Shown piece by piece: positions 55,947-64,000 of a DNA stretch of 64,000 nt. Under the pieces are notes generated by a model. That model was not told the DNA's origin. It searched no databases and was given only the letters and a program-made list of their open reading frames with translations. Position numbers and translations under genes: made by a program. The stretch is from a virus (lineage: Duplodnaviria > Heunggongvirae > Uroviricota > Caudoviricetes > Demerecviridae), in IMG/VR virus record IMGVR_UViG_651703040_000001. One strand, written 5' to 3'. Numbering within the stretch: position 1 is the first letter of the stretch; every line of letters starts with the position of its first letter.

Positions 55947-56357
55947 ATGACTACTCCAACTCAGTGGACTGATGAACTGTTCGAAAAAATGTCTTCCGAA
56001 TACGTTGCTCGTATGGAGCAATTCCCAGAGGATGAACGTCCGGGTGTTAGCATGGAAATTGTTAGCGAAATTGCCCAGGAAAATGGTGTAACTCCGAACG
56101 GTTTTCGTATGAAGCTAACTAAAGCAGGTGTGTATATCAAGAAAGCTGCTGGCTCTGCTTCTAAATCTAGCGCATCTACTGGAGAAAAAGCTTCTGGTGG
56201 TTCTCGCACTTCTAAAGCTCAAGCTCATGCCGACCTTCGTTCAGCATTCTCTGATGCTGGTCTAGCACCAGATTTTCTGGATGATGCAATTATCGACAAA
56301 CTGACCGGTAAAGCGGCTGCTCATCTGGCAGAAGCAATCCGAGCTATCACTAAGTAA
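55947..56357 (+). CDS. hypothetical protein (136 aa)
   Basis: ORF. Promoter TTGCTT (55860) / TATAAT (55884). Confidence 0.55.
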   Translation: MTTPTQWTDELFEKMSSEYVARMEQFPEDERPGVSMEIVSEIAQENGVTPNGFRMKLTKAGVYIKKAAGSASKSSASTGEKASGGSRTSKAQAHADLRSAFSDAGLAPDFLDDAIIDKLTGKAAAHLAEAIRAITK

Positions 56358-56394
56358 TTTTTAGATAAATCCACCAACAAAAGGAACTACAGTT

Positions 56395-56691
56395 ATGACC
56401 AAAGCTGAAATTATCGCACAATGTGAAAAATTTGGTGAGTTTTATCTTCATTACGAGAAACTTCGTCAGAAAGGAACCACGTACCTTCAGGGTACGATGG
56501 AATTTGATCCAGCCCAAGATAAATATCTGGCTGAGCGTATTAAACGTGAACGTATTCGTAAAGCGAAAGATGATGAGATCCTTGTCTTCTCTCGTACTAA
56601 TGATAGCTTCCGTTTTATTCCTGTCGAGAAAGTCCGTCGTGTGACTAGCCTCCAATCAGAGTTAGATCGTGCTTCTCCAGTAGGCCGATAA
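56395..56691 (+). CDS. hypothetical protein (98 aa)
   Basis: ORF. Terminator at 56700-56722. Confidence 0.55.
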   Translation: MTKAEIIAQCEKFGEFYLHYEKLRQKGTTYLQGTMEFDPAQDKYLAERIKRERIRKAKDDEILVFSRTNDSFRFIPVEKVRRVTSLQSELDRASPVGR

Positions 56692-56741
56692 GAAACCAAT
56701 TAGCCCCATATAGGGGCTTTTTGTGTACTTGGGATATGTAA

Positions 56742-57050
56742 ATGAGCGAACAGGTAAATCAAAACTATGAAGGACACGTTGATGATCAGTCCATCATACT
56801 TTGGGAGAAGGAGGGAGAACAAGTAAGATTAACAGTATCTGAATTTCGTGGGAATCTATACATGGGTATTCGTTACTGGCTTCTTGATATTAATGATGAG
56901 TGGTTTCCAACGAAATCTGGCTTCTCTTTTCCTTACACCCTAGAAACAACATCACAGCTTTTCTATGCGTTTACGCAGATTCTTAGCGAATCTGAGGTTT
57001 TACATGAAGTACAGAAACGAGCTGAAGAACTAAAAGCCAAGAATGCCTAG
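56742..57050 (+). CDS. hypothetical protein (102 aa)
   Basis: ORF. Terminator hairpin at 57035-57060. Confidence 0.5.
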   Translation: MSEQVNQNYEGHVDDQSIILWEKEGEQVRLTVSEFRGNLYMGIRYWLLDINDEWFPTKSGFSFPYTLETTSQLFYAFTQILSESEVLHEVQKRAEELKAKNA

Positions 57051-57135
57051 TTCTTGGCTTTTTCTTTATAAATGTATTTGCTTTCAGCTCAGTTTTGTTA
57101 TATAATATTTATATAAATTGATGAGAGGATCAATT

Positions 57136-57324
57136 ATGAACATAACACTTCCAAAAATTCAAGCAAAGTTAAACCTAGTATCAGCTGCTAGAAATAACTA
57201 TCTAGATAACTTTGGTGGAATCAACGATAAAGCGTACAAAGATGCGTGGTTGAAAGAAGCACAAGAGTTAGCCGATCTCGTTGCTCAGTATAATAAAGAA
57301 CTACAGGTAGAAATGAATGACTAA
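57136..57324 (+). CDS. hypothetical protein (about 62 aa)
   Basis: Start moved to the ATG after the leader SD GAGAGGA. Confidence 0.45.
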   Translation: MNITLPKIQAKLNLVSAARNNYLDNFGGINDKAYKDAWLKEAQELADLVAQYNKELQVEMND

Positions 57325-58288
57325 TGTAAAAAACTTTATTAAACGTTGTCAAGAAGCGTATTACCAGGGAATGTCTTTAATCTCTGACGAAGAATATGAT
57401 CGTCTGATTAAAAGATTTCCGTTAGAAGAAGAGATCGGGCCTAAGGGTGATATTCCACATCTGTATCGTATGTATTCTTTACAGAAAGTTTATTATAATC
57501 GTGGAGATAAACCCCCATTTAACCCATTAGGTCAGGTAGAAACCGATAAGTTAGATGGTTGTGCGATTTCTCTGTTATATATTAATGGAGAATTTGTTCA
57601 AGCACTAACTCGTGGTAATGGTATTCTAGGGAATGATGTCACAAGCAACGTAAGATTGCTGAACATCCCCAAAAAGATTTCCCAAAAAGTACCTACTCAA
57701 ATCACTGGTGAAGTTCTAATTACAAAAGAAGTAGAAAATAAACGTAACTTTGCCTCTGGTGCTATTAACCTCAAAGATAGCGATGATTTCGTACAACGTA
57801 TCGGGGAAGGTGGTTTAATCTTCGTTGCATATGGTATCCAGTGTTCTGCTGAATCTGTAGGTATTACAGAAGCGTATTTAAAAGATATGCTTTGGCTAGA
57901 GAATGAGAACTTCTTAACAGTTGTTAATGTGCGTTCTTTCTTTAAATGGATTCCGACGGATGGTAAAGTTGTTCGTATTAATGACAACAACAAATTCTTC
58001 CGAGAAGGCTGGACTAATAAATCCCCTCGTGGAGCATTCGCTATTAAAGAGGATGAAGAAGGCGAGATTACAACTCTTACTAAAGTTGAATGGGCGACAG
58101 GGGCATCCGGTAAAATAACTCCAGTTGGTTATTTTGAACCGGTAATTATTGATGATGCAGTTATTACAAAAGCTACCCTTAATAACGTTGATTATATTAA
58201 CTCTCTCGATCTAGAGATCGGTTGCCAGATTCGAGTGATTCGTGCTGGTGGTGTGATACCAAAGATTGTGGAAAGAGTTTATGATTAA
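57317..58288 (+). CDS. ligA: NAD-dependent DNA ligase, adenylation subunit (323 aa)
   Basis: LigA N-terminal Ia motif (YYQGMSLISDEEYDRL) and the KxDG adenylation motif (KLDG). Confidence 0.8.
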   Translation: MTNVKNFIKRCQEAYYQGMSLISDEEYDRLIKRFPLEEEIGPKGDIPHLYRMYSLQKVYYNRGDKPPFNPLGQVETDKLDGCAISLLYINGEFVQALTRGNGILGNDVTSNVRLLNIPKKISQKVPTQITGEVLITKEVENKRNFASGAINLKDSDDFVQRIGEGGLIFVAYGIQCSAESVGITEAYLKDMLWLENENFLTVVNVRSFFKWIPTDGKVVRINDNNKFFREGWTNKSPRGAFAIKEDEEGEITTLTKVEWATGASGKITPVGYFEPVIIDDAVITKATLNNVDYINSLDLEIGCQIRVIRAGGVIPKIVERVYD

Positions 58289-58487
58289 TACATAACCCTT
58301 TGCTACCCATCTACCATATCGGAATTATAAAGTGGTTATTGACATTTTCGCCGCTTAGGTATATACTATTATCATTCAGTTGAGGGATAGAAAGTTATGG
58401 CGAGGGTAAGCAAAGTTAGTTAAAATTGTAGTTGCTAAATGCTTAAATACTTGCTATAATATTTATATAAATTGATAAGGAAGAAAT

Positions 58488-59270
58488 TTGATGAAAATCG
58501 AAATTCCAACACAATGTCCCTCTTGTGGTTCTAAGCTAGATCTTGTCAACGGACAATTATTCTGTCGGAATAAGTCCAACTGTCCAGCGCAATCAAGTAA
58601 GTTAATTGAGAACTTCTGTACAAAAATGAAGTTAAAGGGCTTTGGCCCAAAAACTATTGAGAAGCTGGAACTGACGAAGATTTCAGAACTATTTTACCTA
58701 ACCGAAGAAGATTTGGTTAGAGCCGTGGGTAGCAAGGTTGCCGCTAAGTTAATTAGCGAATTAAATACTAAAGTTCGCGGAGACATTGACTTTGGTTCAG
58801 TTCTCGGTTCTTTAGGAATCCCTCTAATTGGAGAGGTTGCAGCAAAGAAATTATCCCAAAATTGCACTAGCTTCCACGATGTGAAGGTTGATGGCAAGGC
58901 TGGAGAAAACTATAAAGCCTGGCTAAATTCCCCACAAGGCAAGGATGTTATCGAACTACCGTGGAAATTCTCAACTGGTATTAAGGGTGCGAAAGCTGAC
59001 ATCATCATTACAGATGAATTAGTTGCCCAGCCAAATGGAATCGCGGTATGTATTACCGGATCTTTGCAAGATTTTGCAAATAGAACGGATGCAACAAACT
59101 ATTTAGAAAGTCTAGGGTATACGGTTAAGAAATCCGTTACTAAAGACGTCAAATACCTGATCTGTGAGGATGAATCAAAACGTTCTTCCTCATCTTATAA
59201 GAAAGCCGAAACGAATGGGATAGAAATCCTGTCGATTAAAGAACTATTGGAGAAAAATAATAATGTCTAA
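58488..59270 (+). CDS. ligB: NAD-dependent DNA ligase, second subunit with Zn finger, HhH and BRCT (260 aa)
   Basis: CPSCGS...C..C zinc finger, an HhH-like region, and a BRCT-like C-terminus. Promoter at 58420-58487. Confidence 0.75.
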   Translation: MMKIEIPTQCPSCGSKLDLVNGQLFCRNKSNCPAQSSKLIENFCTKMKLKGFGPKTIEKLELTKISELFYLTEEDLVRAVGSKVAAKLISELNTKVRGDIDFGSVLGSLGIPLIGEVAAKKLSQNCTSFHDVKVDGKAGENYKAWLNSPQGKDVIELPWKFSTGIKGAKADIIITDELVAQPNGIAVCITGSLQDFANRTDATNYLESLGYTVKKSVTKDVKYLICEDESKRSSSSYKKAETNGIEILSIKELLEKNNNV

Positions 59271-60030
59271 ACTGAACTGGAACGTAGAAGGTGTAACCGA
59301 GTCTCTGAAAGCAAAAGCCACTGCTCTGGGTGTTTCTGTAATCTCTCAAGAACAAGTAGCTGCTATCGCTGCTGAACTGGCTGCTGAAACTGGCAAAGAT
59401 GTTACTGCTCGCTCTGTTGGCTCTAAACTGCGTAAAGAAGGTTTTGAAGTACAGAAAGCTAATGAAGTACAGAAATCCCCGTGGGCTCCTGAGCAGGAAG
59501 CTGAACTGGTTGATTTCCTGAACGCTCATGCTGGTCAGTATACCTATGCTGAAATCGCTGCTGCTGTAGCTGGTGGTCAGTTCGGTGCTAAACAGGTACA
59601 GGGTAAGATCCTGAGTCTGGAAATGACCGCTTCTGTTAAACCAACTGAAAAGGCTGCTGCTGTTCGTTCCTTCACTCCGGATGAAGAAACTGATTTTGTT
59701 AATCAGGTTGTTGCTGGTGCTACTATTGAAGCTATCGCTGCTCACTTCGGTCGTAATATCAAGCAGATCCGTGGTAAAGCTCTGAGCCTGCTTCGTGAAG
59801 GTCGTATCGCTGCTATGCCGGTACAGGAAACCTCAAGTGCTAAAACTCGTGAAGATCTGTTAGAAGGTCTGGATCTGGTTAACATGACTGTTGCTGAGAT
59901 CGCTGAGAAAACTGGTAAGTCTGAGCGCGGTGTTAAATCTATGCTGTCTCGTCGTGGTCTGGTTGCTAAGGACTATGATGGTGCCGCTAAGCGTGCTAAA
60001 CTGGATGCAAAAGCTGCGGCTGCTGAATAA
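59263..60030 (+). CDS. DNA-binding protein with four tandem HTH-like repeats (255 aa)
   Basis: Four modules of the form xxAEIAxxxGxxxxxVxxxLxR. Strongly optimised codon usage. Confidence 0.55.
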   Translation: MSKLNWNVEGVTESLKAKATALGVSVISQEQVAAIAAELAAETGKDVTARSVGSKLRKEGFEVQKANEVQKSPWAPEQEAELVDFLNAHAGQYTYAEIAAAVAGGQFGAKQVQGKILSLEMTASVKPTEKAAAVRSFTPDEETDFVNQVVAGATIEAIAAHFGRNIKQIRGKALSLLREGRIAAMPVQETSSAKTREDLLEGLDLVNMTVAEIAEKTGKSERGVKSMLSRRGLVAKDYDGAAKRAKLDAKAAAAE

Positions 60031-60112
60031 TCTGGTAAATTAAACCTAAGGGGAGGGGGCTATGCTCCTTCCCCTTTTTGCATTTAGAAGGCACGAAAGC
60101 GTGCAAAGGAGA

Positions 60113-61585
60113 ATGACCTTGTTTAACGTGCAAGCTGTAGTGTTGAAGATGCTTCTAGCTTCCGAACAGAAGCAAATAGCATTGGAAACATTCTCAAAAC
60201 TGCATAAAGATCATTTTAATGACGCTTTCTCCTCAATTTACCAAGCCGTCCAGAATTATTATAAAAAACATAACACAATGCCGTCCATTGACGCACTTAT
60301 GCTTGAAGCTAATAGGAACGCCCGCCTTTCTCAAGCTCTAGTCGTCTTAGCTAACACTCAAATTCCAGAAGTGAGCATGGAACAGGCACTTGAAGTCCTA
60401 GAGGCCGAATATACACAGGATTTATTCCTGAAGCTTCTAGAAACAGACGTGCTTCAAGATTTAACAATGCTGGATCAGGGAGAAATTCTCAACCGAGTTG
60501 CCTCCCTTCACTTAAAATTAGAAGAGAAAGTAACGAATACTGGAAAAGTATTCAACGCAGATAACATGCGTATTTTCCAGAGAGAAGAAGATACCAAACT
60601 GAACTTAATCGCTCTTGGTATTTGTAATGAGTTCGACGCTCAAATTGGTTTAGCTCGCACAGAAACGTTACTGCTTGGTGGTTGGCGTGGTACTGGTAAA
60701 TCCATTATCTGTTCAAACATACAGGTTCAGCAATATTTGAATGGAGATATTGCTCCATACTTCTCAATTGAGATGAAAGAACATGAAGTATTTAGACGTA
60801 ATCTAGCCATGTTAGCTGGTGTATCCGCACTAGCAATGCGTAATAATACTCTAGAAGGTGCAGCTCTGTTGAGATTAGCCAGAACTAGAGCTAGAATGTT
60901 TAATGGTGGTGAAGAGCTTTTCGATAACTTCGTTAAACAGTACACAATGGCTAAGATGAGTGATTTCTACGATATGGAGAGTAAACTAATAGAAGGGTAT
61001 GAACTACATACTCCTATGATTATTGTTTATGATCCTGAACTGTCCATTACAACAGTTGACGTAGAATTAAATAAATTAGTTGCTAGATATGGAGATAAAG
61101 TTACAGTAGCTTTACTGGACTATATCAACCAAACCCGACTTCCAGACTCTAAAACCATTGATATGTATGACTGGAAAGAACAGATGGTTGTTAGCTCGTC
61201 TTTCAAATCTATCTGCCAGAAACATAACGTGGCTGGTGTAGCTCCTTACCAGATCGATCAAGATGGTAGAACACGTATGTCAAAGGGGATTCTTGATTCC
61301 GCAGACATGGCTGCTAATCTTAACGCTGCAAAAGCTGATAATGGTCAAGGTGCTATTATGTTTGACTTCGTTAAGACTCGTTCTTCTGATAGCGTGAAGT
61401 TTATGCCTAAAATGAACTGGGAAACCCTGCGGATGGATAACACTACCAACCTAGCAATGGAAGATATATCTCAAATGGAAGCTGAGTTCGTTATCCCTAT
61501 TGAGAAGGATAAGCCGGCTCAACCTAAACGTGCTAAGAAAGACAAAACTGAAAATTCAACAGGTGAACAGGCCAGTGATATATGA
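60113..61585 (+). CDS. DnaB-like replicative helicase (about 490 aa)
   Basis: Walker A GGWRGTGKS and RecA-like C-terminal blocks. Start set after the terminator-like hairpin at 60044-60080 and the SD AAGGAGA. Confidence 0.75.
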   Translation: MTLFNVQAVVLKMLLASEQKQIALETFSKLHKDHFNDAFSSIYQAVQNYYKKHNTMPSIDALMLEANRNARLSQALVVLANTQIPEVSMEQALEVLEAEYTQDLFLKLLETDVLQDLTMLDQGEILNRVASLHLKLEEKVTNTGKVFNADNMRIFQREEDTKLNLIALGICNEFDAQIGLARTETLLLGGWRGTGKSIICSNIQVQQYLNGDIAPYFSIEMKEHEVFRRNLAMLAGVSALAMRNNTLEGAALLRLARTRARMFNGGEELFDNFVKQYTMAKMSDFYDMESKLIEGYELHTPMIIVYDPELSITTVDVELNKLVARYGDKVTVALLDYINQTRLPDSKTIDMYDWKEQMVVSSSFKSICQKHNVAGVAPYQIDQDGRTRMSKGILDSADMAANLNAAKADNGQGAIMFDFVKTRSSDSVKFMPKMNWETLRMDNTTNLAMEDISQMEAEFVIPIEKDKPAQPKRAKKDKTENSTGEQASDI

Positions 61586-62472
61586 GTAGAATAACAGAAC
61601 TACTTGATCTGAAAGGCATTGAATATAAAGACACAGGTGGGGACATCCTCATCTGTTGTCTCAATCCAGATCATGACGATAAACACCCAAGTTTGCGTAT
61701 TGATCCTGAAACAGGTATTATGCACTGCTTGAGTTGTGGCTTCGGTAAAGGTATACCGAGCATTTACCATTATTTTAATGAGACTCAGTACCGACAGTCC
61801 CCAAGACTATCGCAGGTACGTAAAAAGATTTCAGAGATTAGGAATGGATCTACGAATCTTGCAATTCCTGAATCTGCTTACCTTTTCGAAGGTGATTTCC
61901 GAGGTATAAGTTCTAAGACCTTGAAGAAATATTTTGCTTTCCAACACCAAGCAGACTGGGAAGGCAGAATTGTATTCCCAATCACAGATGCTGTTGGACG
62001 CAATATCCTATTTTTGGGTCGTTCTATAAACAGTTCTGCCCCTCCTAAATACTTAGTAAAACCAAAACAAGTTTCACCACCGATTTTCCCTGTACGATAT
62101 AATACTCCAGTTCTTATTCTAGTTGAAGGTATCTTTGATATGCTGAACCTAGAGGATAATGGTATAGACTATGCTTCTTGCTGCTTTGGTACACATCAGT
62201 TTACCTCGGATAACATTGCAGATAAGTTCAGTCCTTATATTATTGCTGGTGTAAAAGTTGTTGTTATCTTACTAGATAATGATGCTTCTGGTAATAAGGC
62301 TGCACAAGCATTGGCCAAGTTAATTCGTACAAAAACGCGTTTAACACCTGTAGTTGCTAACTTTCTTCTACCCGAAGGCAAGGATCCGGGTGATTTAAAC
62401 AAAGATGAAATTGATATGTTAGCAAAACGTATTGAAATTTTAGTTGCTGAATCGCTTAAAGATTTGGTATAA
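61582..62472 (+). CDS. DNA primase (296 aa)
   Basis: N-terminal zinc finger CCLNPDHDD...HCLSCG and a Toprim domain (EGxFD...DNDASG). Confidence 0.75.
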   Translation: MSRITELLDLKGIEYKDTGGDILICCLNPDHDDKHPSLRIDPETGIMHCLSCGFGKGIPSIYHYFNETQYRQSPRLSQVRKKISEIRNGSTNLAIPESAYLFEGDFRGISSKTLKKYFAFQHQADWEGRIVFPITDAVGRNILFLGRSINSSAPPKYLVKPKQVSPPIFPVRYNTPVLILVEGIFDMLNLEDNGIDYASCCFGTHQFTSDNIADKFSPYIIAGVKVVVILLDNDASGNKAAQALAKLIRTKTRLTPVVANFLLPEGKDPGDLNKDEIDMLAKRIEILVAESLKDLV

Positions 62473-62535
62473 TATATTGGTAAGTTAGAGAAGAAACACT
62501 GAAGTTATACTTACTTACCAAGAGGAGATTAAATT

Positions 62536-64000
62536 TGAAAATCGCAGTAGTTGATAAAGCTCTAAATAACACTCGTTACGATAAACATTTCCAGCTATAC
62601 GGCGAGGAAGTTGATGTATTCCATATGTGTAACGAGAAGTTATCTGGTCGTTTGCTTAAAAAGCATATTACTATTGGAACACCAGAAAACCCATTTAATC
62701 CGAATGACTATGATTTTGTTATACTAGTAGGTGCTGAGCCTTTCCTGTATTTCGCAGGAAAGAAAGGTATTGGTGACTATACTGGTAAACGTGTAGAGTA
62801 TAATGGATATGCTAACTGGATTGCTAGTATCAGCCCAGCCCAGTTACACTTTAAGCCTGAAATGAAACCAGTTTTTGATGCAACAGTAGAGAATATCCAC
62901 GATATCATCAATGGTCGTGAGAAGATTGCAAAAGCTGGTGATTACCGTCCTATTACTGACCCTGACGAGGCGGAAGAATATATCAAGATGGTGTATAATA
63001 TGGTTATCGGACCTGTCGCATTCGACTCCGAAACCTCAGCACTATACTGTCGAGATGGTTATCTGCTTGGTGTTTCTATGTCTCACCAAGAGTATCAGGG
63101 TGTATATATCGATTCTGATTGTCTCACAGAGGTTGCAGTATATTATCTCCAGAAAATTCTGGATAGTGAAAACCACACTATTGTTTTTCACAACTTGAAG
63201 TTTGATATGCACTTTTATAAGTACCATCTGGGACTTACTTTTGATAAAGCACATAAAGAACGCAGGCTCCATGATACTATGTTGCAGCATTATGTTCTAG
63301 ATGAGCGTCGTGGTACTCATGGCTTGAAATCTCTAGCAATGAAGTATACCGATATGGGTGACTATGACTTTGAACTAGATAAGTTCAAGGATGATTACTG
63401 CAAAGCACATAAAATCAAGAAAGAAGATTTCACCTATGATTTAATTCCGTTTGATATTATGTGGCCTTACGCTGCAAAAGATACCGATGCCACCCTACGT
63501 TTGCACAATTTCTTCTTACCAAAAATTGAGAAGAATGAAAAACTTTGCAGTCTGTATTATGATGTTCTAATGCCTGGTTGTGTATTTCTCCAGCGTGTTG
63601 AGGATCGTGGTGTACCTATTTCTATTGATCGTTTAAAAGAAGCTCAGTACCAGTTAACTCATAATCTGAATAAAGCTCGTGAGAAGCTGTATACTTATCC
63701 AGAAGTCGTTCAGCTAGAGAAAGATCAGAACGAAGCGTTTAACCCAAACTCTGTTAAGCAGCTACGTGTTCTTCTGTTTGATTATGTTGGGTTAACTCCA
63801 ACAGGTAAATTGACAGATACTGGAGCGGACTCTACAGATGCAGAAGCTCTGAACGAACTGTCTACGCAGCATCCAATTGCTAAAACTCTGCTAGAGATTC
63901 GTAAGCTGACTAAGCTGATCTCTACTTACGTTGAGAAGATTCTTCTGAGCATTGATGCTGATGGTTGCATTCGTACTGGCTTCCACGAACACATGACTAC
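62536..64000 (+). CDS. family A DNA polymerase, N-terminal part (runs past the window end)
   Basis: TTG start after the SD AAGAGGAG. 3'-5' exonuclease motif Exo I VAFDSETS. No stop codon before position 64000. Confidence 0.85.

Noticed and set aside
9368-58487. Possible CRISPR array suggested by about 30 near-identical ~55-bp repeats
   Set aside because: The repeats are 300-1500 bp apart, sit upstream of genes in both orientations, and contain clear -35/-10 boxes and SD elements. They are promoters, not CRISPR repeats, and no cas genes are present.
59236-59745. Minus-strand 169-aa Ser-rich ORF
   Set aside because: It lies antisense to a gene with extremely biased, highly expressed codon usage (59263-60030). 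Ser/Phe-rich antisense translation is an expected artefact. It has no promoter or SD on that strand.

Overview
This window appears to be part of the early region of a T5-like (Demerecviridae) coliphage genome. The opening ~2.1 kb carries small plus-strand genes and probably lies at the end of the terminal-repeat / first-step-transfer DNA. It is followed by a ~1.5 kb non-coding region (2100-3650) packed with DnaA boxes, palindromes and direct repeats, which resembles the described T5 injection-stop region. From 3.8 to 29.5 kb the genes run on the minus strand: hypothetical genes, holin plus L-Ala-D-Glu peptidase endolysin, dNMP kinase, ClpP-like protease, Ser/Thr phosphatase, an HNH endonuclease and a GrcA-like glycyl-radical protein. 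Within that block I count about 25 minus-strand tRNA genes (21.3-29.0 kb, plus one at 32.5 kb), interspersed with small ORFs and several aberrant tRNA-like or structured RNA segments. A plus-strand three-gene island at 29.7-31.4 kb encodes low-complexity proteins (a Gly-zipper/His-acidic protein, a Q-rich protein and a CC-rich peptide). It has its own consensus TTGACA promoter and lies convergent with an SPFH/HflC-like gene. Nucleotide-metabolism genes follow on the minus strand (RNase H, thymidylate synthase, DHFR, nrdB, an HNH endonuclease, nrdA, phoH), then switch to the plus strand (nrdD, a Zn-less Sir2-like protein, a HAD phosphatase, tandem paralogs). The window ends with the plus-strand replication module: a 995-aa helicase-like ATPase, the two subunits of NAD-dependent DNA ligase, a 4xHTH DNA-binding protein, a DnaB-like helicase, a primase and the 5' part of a family-A DNA polymerase. 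A ~55-bp early promoter-leader module (TTGCTa -35, TATAAT -10, CATAAATT...GAGAGG leader) occurs in about 30 copies in front of individual genes. All calls are from reading the sequence; no database searches were run.
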